From: Hypanus sabinus
Taxonomy: Eukaryota
DNA: 64,000 nt
Direction: 5' to 3'
Assembly (NCBI RefSeq): GCF_030144855.1
Contig: NW_026779371.1
Location: forward strand, 1 to 64,000
Of the stretch, positions 36,110 to 48,415 are shown piece after piece; position 1 is the stretch's first letter; every line of letters begins with the position of its first letter. Both the position numbers and the translations under genes were made by a program. The notes under the pieces are model-generated. The model had not been told where the DNA came from. It saw only the letters and a program-made list of their open reading frames with translations, and did no database searches.

Positions 36110-36660
36110 ATTGGGTAGGTGGTGAAGTGGAGAGTCCACATTATTGCAGCCTCCTCTCGTACAAACGGCCTGTTGGAGAGTCGGAAGTCAAACGGGAGTG
36201 ATTCTGCTCGAGTTGTGTCTGGGATCTTTCATTACGCTGGTTGTTTTAAGGAAGTGGATGGGCTCGGGCGGCAGAAAAAAGGGCCAGACAGGCAGTGGCC
36301 ACTTTTCTGGTACAGGAGGCATCGGAAACAAAGTCCACCTTTTTGCCAAGTGGTCACAGTTTCGCTGTACGGAGGGATCGATCCAGGCTGGGCCGGTCGG
36401 TTCAGGAACCGGATGGTTGAAGGGAAGTCGCTGCCCCTGAACGATGTGGTGTAGGGACTTCAGCTTCTCTTCCTCCTGCCCGGTGGGAGGTGCGGGGAGA
36501 AGGCACAGACCGGATGGTGCTGGTGGGGGGGACGGACGGTTCTTTGATGGTGGTCGTTGCCTTCCTGTGTCAGCTCCCCTTGTGGTCATTCAAGTAACCA
36601 CACATTTCAAGAGCAGAGGTCAGAAGATCTGCACGAATGTCGAAGCTTGAAGTAGAGGGG
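36110..36660 (-). mobile_element. Degenerate Rex1/Babar-like LINE 3' fragment
   Basis: Decayed match to the typical 3' end (GAAGGGAAG..GCTG..CCTGAAC..GTGGTG..GGACTTCAG), from recall. Confidence 0.5.
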
Positions 36661-38117
36661 CGGCAGAAGGCCTCCATATTGCCCTTTTAAAACTTTTTTT
36701 TTAGTTTTCGGTACGGAAGTCTGCGGGACATTAATATTTCAGGAAAATCAGGTCCACCCCATGAGCGTGTAGCTCTTGACAGAGGAAAAGAAGGAGCAGG
36801 ACGTGGTGAGGCCTGTGTCAGAGAGGCACCGGAGGTATCGGGGCCCGAGGGAGATGTGCACTCTAACAGTGACTGATCACCGCAATCGCTTTCTGGTGTC
36901 CTGTGGGACAATGTTAACGTGGAAGGCAGCAAAATTGGATTCTTTGATTTATCAGCAGACCGTAGGAGCGAACAGCGTGGAAGCCACGTGGCCTCGGTAG
37001 GACAATAGACTCGGCCTGAAGCCACGGTGACGCCCGTTGACTCCCGACCAGCAGAGGAGCGTCGGATTCCGTAAGCTCCACCGTAGTCAGTGTGGTGCGG
37101 CGTCCAGGTTGCAGTCGGTGCTGCCCCCCAGCGTCCACCCGGCGGACAAAACGTTGTATTGGGTCGGACGGCAGGTTCCTGCAACATCCATGAACACGTT
37201 ACTGTTAGTATATATATTTCAGGTGACCGTATTTCACCTTGTATTTTGTGTGATTGATGGTACTGTGGCTGTCATCCTCGACCCGGAGATATACTGTCGC
37301 GTTTGGCTCTAATAATGGGTATCGATATAAGTTTTAATGACAATTCAAATTAAACACATCAAAATTCACCTTGAAATGCCTATGAAAGTAAAGTTAACGT
37401 CCACGGTCCATGTAACGGGGCAGCAGAGATGCGGCTTAATGTCCGATAAAAATACCACAGCACGCATAGACAACCTGTATGATGACAGAGAGAACTCCTA
37501 TTACATACGCAACTCTGGGCATTTAGGGGCTATCGAGGTAATACAACGCCAGCTGGATAAACGAGACGGCGGCAACACAAGCCAGTTACAGCCTGTAATG
37601 AGCTCTCCGGGCCAGTGCGGGGAGCTCGAGAGCGTCGTGCTCCGAGGTATTAATCTGGACAAAAAGCACAGAATAGCTTCTTCCGACCAAACCGAGTTGA
37701 GACGCCCTGCAACCAGTCTATTTTAACACTTCCCTACACACAGGACAATTAAACTACTAACGGCTACTTTGATCTTTGAGTGGAAACCGGAACACCCGGA
37801 GGAAACCCACGTCCACAATTGAAGGACGTAGAAACTTTTCCATGCACGCGAACACTTAGTTCTTCTTTCTCCATTTTTTCAACAGCAAGCAGCATCAATC
37901 GTCATGGATTATGCCATCCACCCCAGGTTATGTTCGCTACAGTTGGGATGGAGATACGGGAAACTTCCATCCTGCACCAGCAGGTCCAGGAACGATCATT
38001 TCCTTTTCGCCATAGGACTCCCGTATCGGTGAGTTCACTGATCGCAACACTGAACCCGATCTCAGTATTATTTATTCATTTATCTAGAATGTATCTACCT
38101 ATCGTTGTATCTGTCTG

Positions 38118-38155
<38 letters not shown>

Positions 38156-38534
38156 CATCTATCTATCTATCTATTAGTATCTATTTATCTATCCATTTAG
38201 TTATTTGTTGTATTTACACAGTCCTTTCTTTTGGCCATTATCAGTTCCTTTTTTTCCTTTATTATATTGCACTTCACTATCACAGACATGGGAGGTGTGA
38301 CTGAGCCAGAGACCAGGGGAAGGAGAGGGGTGCTGAATGTTGAATATCACGTTATTCTCATTGAAAAGGTAACCGTTATACGGTAAACTATGACGAAATG
38401 CCGACCTCGCATGAAGTCCTGAGAATGGAATCCACCAACCCGACGTTAAAAACTGATCCAGGACGCCAACTTAAGCGAGAGGCTTTCAAAACGCAGCTGC
38501 TGTTCCTACCGAGGATTCTGCATTCGCGGCTCAA

Positions 38535-38549
38535 CAGCGCCCTCTGCAG
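38535..38549 (-). promoter_or_regulatory. Intergenic CTCF-type motif
   Basis: Minus strand CTGCAGAGGGCGCTG. Confidence 0.6.
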
Positions 38550-38875
38550 CAATCTCGGTTCATCCTCAGGATCAGAAAGGAGATAAAGAAGGCCAACCCA
38601 TGAGGTCAACCAGCAACCTGTATGTAATTGGGGGAGGGATTCAGAACAGCCCGTGAGAAAGCAACGGGGCTTGCGACCGTAAGTGTATCCGACTTATCTA
38701 AGAATACGGGACTAATCATTTCTCTCGGCATCTTGCTGCTTTCCGATTTCGCCGTACCGCTGTCTGAATTTCCCTTTCAGACTGTGAATTATTCGCTTTC
38801 AATGTGAATTAATGTCGTCGCCACCTGCCCTGTTGGGGTTTTTGCTCGAGGCCTCCGTCGTTGTCAGTCGCTGTG

Positions 38876-39591
38876 CAGACTGCGAGCGCAGAAATATGTG
38901 GCCATGTGGTTCAGCTGCAGGCGAGAGGCGCTCAGGGTGAAGGCGGCGTAACTCGGCTGGCTGGCGGTGAACCCCTCCACCTCACGCTTGGAGCAGCCAT
39001 GGAGTAGAATAGGTTCTGCGGCTCACGCCCCGGGTTTAACCTGTAGCAGTATAGTTGATAAGTTCTGCCGTCCTCAATGATGCATTGGAGCGTCACCGCC
39101 TCGCCGAGAGGCTGAGAAACAACGGCGGGGGTCTGGCGGATAATCGCTGAAATCGCATCTGGTAATAGAAAGCGGGAAGAAGTTATTCAATAAAGAATAT
39201 CTGACGCAGAGATGAGATTGAGTAAAAGGGAGACGGCATGACGGAAAGCGAGTTTGACAGAGAGGAGGGGGAGAGAGAGATAGAGAGAGGTGGAAAGAGA
39301 CAGACAGACAGAGAGACAGAAATAGAAGGGAGGGAGGGAAGAGAAGGAGACAGATAGAAAGAGACAAAAAGAGAGAGAGGGAGAGAGATAGACCGAATGC
39401 GACAGCGGGGGAGAGCGAGAAGATTAAAAGACTTGGGAACCAAGGAGAAGGAAAGAAAAATAAACGAAACGTTGCTGTGAATATGCGAGAAAGACAAAAG
39501 GAGAGCAAGGGGGAAGATGAATCAATAAAAAAAGCTGTTAAGTTCTCTTACGATGGAAAAAGGCCGCCAGTGATAGTACCAGGAACATCAT
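38876..39591 (-). pseudogene. TRBV: V10: TCR beta V pseudogene (W41C; frameshifting deletion at CDR2)
   Basis: Leader 39552-39591 (MMFLVLSLAAFFH, GTAAGA donor). V exon 38876-39158: IIRQTP..LQCIIEDG..LYCYRL..LFYSMAAPS, frameshift, EVEGFTAS..YFCARSL. RSS CACAGCG (38869-38875) / 23 / GCAAAAACC (38837-38845). Confidence 0.9.
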
Positions 39592-40390
39592 TCACTCGAG
39601 ATGAAGAGACAACGAGTCAAACCTGTCTTGAAGGTAAATCGGGGAAAGACGGTTGCCAAAGGCTGAGGGTGAACTTCCAGCCCCCCCACCACATTGTCTG
39701 CGATTGGCTCACGGGCCCTCCCTCCGCTGAAAGGCGATGATCGGAAACAGGATACGGAACGATACTTCTCACAGCCCATGGAGAGATTGCGTATCGGGTG
39801 TAATCTTCCGTGTCGCCTTCATCGATCTATTAAAACTAGAGAGCTATTTATCTGTCGCTTAACCTTCTGTTGTCTGCCTGTAAAATCTACCTATTTTCTA
39901 CCTTTATCCGTCTTTCTGTCCGTCTCTTTTGATGGCATCTTTCATATAATTGCAGACAACGGCACACCAGCCCCTCCACCATTGAAAGACGTTGCCTGGA
40001 AACATGGAAAAGCATTCCAAAGGACCCTATCATGATGGAGGTTTTATGCTTTGGACTTCACTTAAAACGGTGACGGATAAGCTCAAAGTTCTAGAGAGTT
40101 ATTCATCTGTCTCTTACCTGCCTGTGGTTTGCGATCGATGTGCCTACCTGTATCCATCTTTCGATCGGTCTCCTGAGATGATGTCTTGAATATAATTGCA
40201 CAGACTGCACCTGGACCTTTGATGTTTCTGCTTCATGTGATATATCAGGGCGAGATGGAGGCAAGTACAGTCAGCGCACGTGAGACATGAATTTGTTGGT
40301 TCAGGATACCCGGTCGTGTGTGATGCGGTGACTGGGTGGCTGAACGGCAGCTTCCCAACCAGAAGTCAATGCCGACGCTTTTTGTCGTAG

Positions 40391-40405
40391 AGCGCCCTCT
40401 GTTGG
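40391..40405 (-). promoter_or_regulatory. Intergenic CTCF-type motif
   Basis: Minus strand CCAACAGAGGGCGCT. Confidence 0.7.
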
Positions 40406-41725
40406 CTATTAGTTCTGGTACTACGGGGCCCTGTGTAATTTAATTCTATTTGCCTCCGTTTACTCAAAACATCCATGAAGCCTTACCACCTCTGTACCTG
40501 CCCGAATGTTGTAGGTGTCCCCTCCTCGACTGCTTTTACCAGCAACTCATTCCGTGTAGCTAACTTTATTTGAACATAAACAGATTACCCTCTGTATGTA
40601 ATTATATAATTTGGGTTTAATCCCTGCTACCCATGGGAAATAATGATGATGCATCTTGTCTATGCTCCGGGAGGTTTTACAGGCCTCAATAAAGTCAAAG
40701 TCCCTGTCAAAATAAATTTATTAGCAAAGTACGTATCTGGCTCCAGAGACAACCTTGATAGTTACTTAACTGCAGGCATTCAGAGAAATAGGGTTGGGGT
40801 TACTAGTCGATTCTGTCGCAGCACCATCACATTCGGCCGAATAATCCCGTAGTAGTCGTGACTGCCTCCGTTCCACAAGTTGCTGTGTCAGGGTTATTCC
40901 TATTGAGGCCGCAGGGTGGCACTCTACACAAGACTTTGGTTTTGCCAAGTCCCAGCTGCGGGGTCGCAGAGTAAACAGCTTGCTTGCCCTGTTAATGACA
41001 TTCTCGAAATCTGACTCGCAGACAAGTGGTTCGTTGCCACGTAACCACTTCTGCCGCGCTGAGATTGCTGCCTGCTGGAGAATCCCGTGCTATACGCTTT
41101 CAATGTCCACTGCAATCGTCATCCCTGCCGAATTGCTGGCATGATAACAGCTTGCATGACGGGAGTTATGAAGTTACTTATAGGAGGTTGCCAGTTGGAC
41201 CGAAGCGTCTGTTTCTGTAATGCACCAGAATACGACGCTACCATCTACACCTCTCAAACAATAAACTTTTGGGCTGAGAGGTCAGCGTCTGTAATGCATA
41301 TTCTGCAGCTCCGCTATTTGCAATTCATGAATAACACGGAAAAAGCACTCTGGACCATCATATACAAAATTAATCTGTCTTTCTGCTGAACATAATCCGT
41401 ACCTCTCTGTTTATATTCCCCTCTGCGCCTCCCAAAACGGTACGATGACTGAATTTGTGACATTGAAGTTAGAAAGACGTATCCAGGACTGAAGGGACAG
41501 CTTGCGTTTTCCTGCTGAACTTGGAATGGGGCCCGCCCTCCCGATTGATCTCCGAAACTGTAAATGGCTTGATCCACACACCATTCAAACTCAAAGCTAC
41601 CAGTGTCGCAACTCAGTGACGTATGGTTGAGGGGCGGATCTTCGTCCGTTCACTCTGACAAGGCATTCAAAAGGTTCTTCGTCCCGAACGCCCTTCCGCT
41701 TGGAGGAAACTGTCTAAGTTGAAAG

Positions 41726-42380
41726 ATGTTCGTGTTATTCGAGCTGCTGATCTGGCTTCACGGTAAACGACAGCTTCAATTTGCGAGTAGTTCCGCACTA
41801 CCCTTTCTGGGTTCCGTATATACTTGCACTTTATGCTTTACTAACACTCTCTGACGCTTCTTTCTCGCTTTTTCCATCATTCCGCCATTTTGCTATTCAC
41901 CTCTGTCCATCCAATTATATTTTTTTATTCTATTCTCTCACTGTCTCTACACCTTCCCCATCTCGTTCTCTTTTCCCCTTACGCCTCTGCTTCCTGCACT
42001 TCTCCTTCACCCTCTTTGCTCCCTTTCTCCATGATCCGAGAGTACATCCCTACTGACGTCATACTCTGCTCCTCTCTTCTCCAGCCGCGAACTCGCAAAC
42101 TATCCGGCAGTCTCCACCGGCTTTTTCCGGATCTCCAGGGAACCCGATGGTGCTGTCCTGCAACGTGGAGGGCAGCGGCGATTATTACGTGCACTGGTAC
42201 CGCCAGTACCCGGGGCAGGGACCGCAGTTCATGATCTACAGCTACGGTGCTGACTTCAGAAATCCAGACGGGGAGGTCGATGGATTTACTCTGCAGGCGC
42301 TGAAAACGAACGAGAACGAACTGGTGACCAACAGCTTGCGGGTGAATCACTCGGCCGACTATTTCTGCGCCTGGAGTCTA
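41726..42380 (+). CDS. TRBV: V11: TCR beta V gene, intact and inverted relative to the cluster
   Basis: Leader 41726-41762 (MFVLFELLIWLH); V exon 42085-42380 (ANSQTIRQSP..LSCNVEG..HWYRQ..YFCAWSL). Consensus RSS CACAGTG (42381-42387) / 23 / ACAAAAACC (42411-42419). CRE-like AGTGACGTAT at 41615-41624. Confidence 0.95.
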
Positions 42381-44629
42381 CACAGTGACGCGCCGAGAGG
42401 GAAGAGCTCGACAAAAACCCCAGACGGCCTGTAAAAGGCGTGACTGAGCAAACACACTTGGCCGTGTGGTGGCGTCTTGTCTATCTTTTGTTTTGACAGA
42501 GGAAACGCGGTGTAGACTGGAAGCTGAAGGGGATTTGTAACAACGGTGAGAGAGCAGATGGCCAATCTTCTGGCAAGATGCCAGCTCTTACGCCGGCATT
42601 GTGACGTCACGCACACCCAGCACTCTCCCACAAGCCCCGGACGGACAACGATTTACCTGAATATGAGGTGGAAAGGAATAGCGGACTTTCATTGCACAGA
42701 CGCTCAGTTGCTTCTTCCCTGTGACCACGATTTCGTTACCGGCTTTTTTTTTTCAGAACGGATGTTCTTGCTTTTATAATGTCCTGTAATTATTGGAATT
42801 GTTATTGCTCACCGTTTTTTTCTTTTACTTTTGCTTGAGATCGCATTTATAATTAAAATTACCACTCTGGATTTCGCCGTCCATAGTTCCATGTTAAAAT
42901 TATTTTATCCCACAAGAACAGTCCAATGCGTCTTGGTCAAACTTGTGAATTTGATTCAATCAGGTTTTCTTTGGTATCCATGTAGAGATACAGGAATGAA
43001 TACACCCGTCCTGTCTCCCAAGTCGCGCCGACCAGAAACCAAACTGTTTTAATACGTCCCTAATCTCCGGACAATTTATAATGCCCAATTAACCTACTAA
43101 CCGCTACTTTCGTCTCGGATGGGAAAGCGGAACACCCGGAAGAAACCCCAGGTGATCAGGTGAAGGATGCCTATACTTTTTCACGCGCACGCACACTTAT
43201 TTGTTCTTTCTCCCCTTCCTCCTGTCGTCCTTTTTTTTTTGGTTAGCGCAAACGCTTTGTAGTGCAGGCGTCTCAGGTTAAATTCACGCCGCTGACTGTA
43301 TGAGTTTCTATATTCTCCTCGTGACCGCGTGGGTTATCTCTCTTTGGACCGGAATACCCCACGGCTCCAGGTGGAGCTGGTCAGAAGGTGAAATGCTCAC
43401 TGTAAATTGTTCTGTAACTAGGCTGGGATTAAATCGAGCCATTGCCGAGATCTGCGGCTCGAGGGCCTGAAGAATGAAAACAAATCCAGGGCAAGCGGCC
43501 TCCGTCCTCATGGACTTTGCCATCCATACCAGGTTATTTTCCCAACAAACGAGATGGAGGTCCGGGAAGCTGAGATCCTACACGAGCAAGTTCACTGATT
43601 CTCATTTCCTTTTTGCCTTCAGATTTGCGTATCAATGCTTAGTAAGTTCACCGATCGCCAGACGATCGATCGATATCTATCTATCTATCTATCTGTCTAT
43701 CTATCCATCTATCTCTTTCTCTATTTATTTATCTATCTATCGATCGATTTATCTATCTATCTTTCTATCTATCTATCTTTCTTTCTATCAATCTATTTCA
43801 CTGTCTATCCATCTATTTATTGCATTTGCACTGCCTTCCTTCGTTTGACTATTGATTATCAGCTAGAATCAGGAAATGCGGGAATGACAATAGAAGTCCA
43901 TGGGAAAGATGAATTAATATAAAAGCTGGATTGGAGTGATGGTACTCCGGTTCCCGTGTACTCTAATTCTCTCTGCCTCCGTTTTCTCAGTACATCAATT
44001 AAGCTTGACAATCTATGTAGCCGCCGGAATGTTTTAAATTTACTCTGCTCTACTCCTCGTTTCAGAAACTCATTCCACGTGTCTAAGTTGATTTGAGCAT
44101 AAAAACGTGTCCCTCAACTTGAACTTCTGTAATTTGGGGTTAATCTCTCCTACCCCCGGAAGATAACGATGATGCATCTTATCTCTGCTCCCGGACAGCT
44201 TACAAGCCCCGGTAAAGTCAAACTCCCAGCCAAAATAAATTTAGTATCAAAGTAATTATAGGGCACGATAGACAAACTTGAGATTCATTCACTTGCAGGC
44301 GTTTACAGGGAAAAATGTATACAGTCCTGAATAACCATTCAATACCTAAGAGTGACCAAATAACAAATATGCAGAAATAATTATTTTTAAAATCGAGCAA
44401 ATAGATGAATTACACTAAGAAATTTCGTTGCACTGTCCCTGAAAGTGAGGCTGAAGTTTGCAGAATGTGTTCAGAGTTCAGGTGTGGGAAGTTGCACACG
44501 CTCCGATATGTCGGTGGAATCCCAGTAGTTCGCGGAACATGCCGACCCTCAGGTCCGGCCAGTCATCTTCCTGTGAGGCGCCAATTTCTCTGAACTATAT
44601 TCATTTATTCCGGTATCCGTCTGCTCTAC

Positions 44630-44644
44630 AGCACCCCCTGGTGT
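44630..44644 (-). promoter_or_regulatory. Intergenic CTCF-type motif
   Basis: Minus strand ACACCAGGGGGTGCT. Confidence 0.55.
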
Positions 44645-45639
44645 CCTGCTGTTCTTTGTTTAAATCGCCGCGGCGCCAACATAGCATTCGGACAACTTTC
44701 CAACCCGAACGCCAAATGAAAGCCTTTTGCATACAGGAGGAAACGAGAGCACTCGATGAAAACCCAGAGGATCTCTTGATGCCGGTGGGATGCTTGCATC
44801 ATGGTCTTGATGCTTGCAGATGCCGGCCGGAGTCCAACGCCTGATTGCTGTTCACTTCTCCTCTTTCGCCCTTTCGAAAGAAAACTGCTATAAACTTAGA
44901 CAACTGTCTTGACTGGCGAACGGCCCCCCAATTTTAATGGCATTTTTCTACCGCCCCTTGGCACATACCCTCATCCACGCTCGTTCAGGAATTTGTTTTA
45001 TGTAGGGTTACTTTAAACATCCCTCGCTCACGCAATGACAGTCCCCGCACAATCGAATGTTTCCTTATGAATCCGGTGCCCTAGTAAATTTTAATCTTTG
45101 TGAATCCAGTCTGCTGCCGCTCCAGCTTAATCTCGTCTATCCTGCACGATTTCTACCAGGAGTGAAGACCATACCCCAATTCAGGCCGAGCAAAAATTGG
45201 AAAGCATGCTGTGTAAAATGTTTCGGCAGATGCCCGCTCATCGTTGCACTGTCATCGTCTCTTTTTGCGCCGTCGTCACCTCTCTCAGGAAGCTGAATCC
45301 TTGCACCCTAACTCGGAAACTCTTAGCGCCGTCTTCCTGTGACGGGCCAAAGCCAAGGAACCTTTTCCCAGAGAGCAGAGCAGCTGTGGAATTCTCTGCC
45401 CCATGAGGCAGTGGAGGCTACTTCAGGAGACATATTTCAGACAAGGGCGGATAGATTTTTACATAGTCGCGGAGTTAAGGGTTATGGGGAAAAGACACAC
45501 GGGTGGAGATGAGTCAATCGTGAGATCAGACATGATCATAATGGTGGAGCAGGATCGAAGGGTCAGACAGCCGCCATGTGTTCCTTTCCCTGAAGTTCTC
45601 ATTAACTACGTTCAACCCTCAGATGGGGCAGAAAATTAG

Positions 45640-45707
45640 AGGGTGGTTGAGAGAGAGTTGAAAGTTGGGAGAGAAAGAAAGGGCGATGGGGAGAGAGAGG
45701 TGGAGGT

Positions 45708-45772
<65 letters not shown>

Positions 45773-46010
45773 TGGGGAATAGTAGAGGTTGGAAGACAGA
45801 GGGTGAGCGGTGGGTGAGGGGTGAAGGGCGGGTCAGGAGGGGAAGAGCAATGGGGGAGAGAGTGGGCGAGATGGGGAGAGAGGGGAAAGAGGAAAGCGGA
45901 GGAAGAAGAGCGAAGAGAGTGAAAAGAGGGGAGGGAGAGGAGGGGGGAGAGGAGAGAGTGGTGGAGAGAGAGGAAGGAGGAGACAGAGAGAAGAAGAAAA
46001 AAAAAGCAAA
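45640..46010. repeat. Purine-rich low-complexity tract with a (GA)n microsatellite
   Basis: (GA)n at about 45714-45768 within a GA-rich stretch. Confidence 0.9.
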
Positions 46011-46928
46011 GTAAGAGCATTCCTCAGAGTCCCAGCCTGTCTATTCACGGCCTGGCGGGCGATGGCGAGCGGAGGCGGTGAATATCCCAACTCCAGGCCA
46101 GGGAATTCCTGTTGGTGGCTGAGCGGAGAAGTCGGGATTGAGATGCTGTGACCTTTAATCCAGCCTGGGTCGTGTGAGCAGACTTAGGGTAACAATGATG
46201 ATGAACTGCTTTTCCCACAGTCTGGCGAATCTGTGAAATTTTCTGCCCAATTAGCCCCGATTAGTTGTTTGAAATTTTGACTGTGTGCCCATGTAAGAGA
46301 GAAGGTTTAACATGGGATGGGTTAAAGAGTCGGCGCATCATCGTCGAAGGAACGGCTTTTGGGGTCTTTCACGGTTTCAGCAATCATAATTGTTTGTCTG
46401 GCTGACAAACTGGAAATACGACAGAATGAAAAAAAATAACACATTGCGGGAAAGGGTGAAGGGGAACATCGCCTCGGGCGCTTAAATCCAAATTTCAAAG
46501 TAAGTTCATAAAAAATGACGGAAATGGCTCTCTGTACTACCGGGCCTTCAGTTTCTACCCGGCATTCACAACGAAGCAAGAAATAGAATAAATGAAAATC
46601 AATGTACAATGTACCGACAATCCATCAATCAACAGGAATGAGTTTCACAATCCTGGAAAGTGACTCCGGACGAGCGTGCCGTTGTGAAACCAACGTTTCT
46701 TGAAGCTACTGCCCTACTGTAGTAGCGAGTTGAGAACGTGGCCTCGACGGCGGAGGGAATTGATAATGGATACTGCTTTCCCCTGGCAGCTTTTCAGGTA
46801 AATGCGTTTTGGCTGCACCTGCGGGGTGAGTAGAGAAAGTGGATTGCACGGCTACGATGGGCCTAATCACGAGGAGCATTTTGTCTGAGGCGGCCGTAGA
46901 CGTGTCCCGCCGGGCGGGACTCGCTGTG

Positions 46929-47201
46929 CGGCAGTAGGTAGCCGAGTCCGTCTCCTCGCTGCCGTTGAGTTGCCGAGTGAAGCGGTTCTTTGCACTTCAA
47001 GTTTATTGACGAACCGCAGTTCAAAAGTTGGGGCGCAGGTGCCGAACTCGCTGCAGAACTACCCCAGACTCCTTCCCACTTGCCGGTACCGGTACATATT
47101 TTAGCTGCTCATGCCGCATCCCTCCAATCGGCACTCAAAATTGAGATGGTCTCCCGGCCGAATAGTCGCCGCGGTAGGGAACTGGACTACTGTCGGTGCA
47201 C
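46929..47201 (-). pseudogene. V12: V pseudogene of a divergent family (V-delta-2-like by recall)
   Basis: Acceptor at 47202/47203. APTVVQFPTAATIRPGDHLNFECRLEGCGMSS*NMYRYRQVGRSLG*FCSEFGTCAPTFELRFVNKLEVQ, frameshift, NRFTRQLNGSEETDSATYC. Heptamer CACAGCG at 46922-46928. Possible leader remnant at about 47372-47415. Confidence 0.8.
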
Positions 47202-47789
47202 CTGCCAGTACTGGATTAGTATGCAAGAGAAAATAATTCACAGTCAGGAGGCTGATAACGGCATAATATTGCGCGTTTTATAAAAGAAACGATATGGGAT
47301 CATCTTTGAGTCCGTGGTAGTATCAGCTGATTCGAACCGCTCTAAGAAAATTTCACGAAAATAAAACTCAGCATGGTCCAAGAGAGTCAGGGATAAAGTG
47401 AGAAAGGCGAGGGTGACGTCAGCGGGGAAATACTTTACCCTTCTGAAACGCTGTTGAAACGCCCTCTTCTCTTTTTCACCTTGTCACTTGTCAGTGGAAG
47501 TTACCACCGGAAATGACACCTGACCGTGCGTGGCAATTGTAGATTGATCGTCTGCTTACGTCATGGAGGACTAATTGTCTGCTTTGGATACAAAAGGTAA
47601 TTGCCAGGAGTCGTGTATCAGAGAGTGCGGAGAGAGACCTTCGGCCACATTCTGCTCTGCTGATCAGATTTCCTATCGAAGGTTGTCGCATAGCCCAGTG
47701 ATTCGCGCATTTTTCTGATGAAAACTTTCCATTCCGCAGACCGGTCTGGATGTCTTTACGGTGCCTGTAACTAATATGCCCCGCCCAAT

Positions 47790-48415
47790 TATTCCGGCAC
47801 TCTTTGTAGAAAGAGAATAATTTAAAGGCCCCTTTTAACATCTCTGCACTTCTCACCTTAAAACCAGACCTACATATTTCAGATTCGTAGGATTTGATCT
47901 CCAAATTTGAGGAAGGGTATTCTTGCTATTGAGGGAGTGCTGCGTATCTTCAGAAGGTTAATTCCTGGGACGGTGGGGCTGTCATATGTTGAAAGATTGG
48001 AGCGAATGGGCTTGTAAACACTGGAATTTAGAAGGATGAGAGCGGATCTGATTGAAACCTGACTGTTAGACAAGCTAGAGCCCGGTAACATGTTCCCGAT
48101 GTTGGGGGAGTCCAGAACCAGAGGCCACAGTTGAAGAATAAAGGGCAGGCCATTTAGAACGGAGTTGAGGAAAAAACGTTTTCACCCAGAGAGTTGTGGA
48201 TCTATGGAATGCACTGTCTCAGAAGGCATTGGAGGTCAAGTCTCTGGATGCTCTCAAGAAAGAGTCAGATACACTTGAATATAGCGGAGTCAAGCGATAT
48301 GGGGAGAAGGCAGGAACGGGGTACTGATTGTAGATGATCAGCCATAATCACAGAGAATGGCGGTGCAGGCTTGAAAAGATGAATCGCCTAATCCTGCACC
48401 TATTGCCTACTGTCC
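47790..48415 (+). mobile_element. CR1 LINE 3' fragment
   Basis: Degenerate RT C-terminus and the same 3' tail as 23760-25995. Confidence 0.85.

Noticed and set aside
45643-46014. Arg/Glu-rich ORF
   Set aside because: Translation of a (GA)n low-complexity tract.
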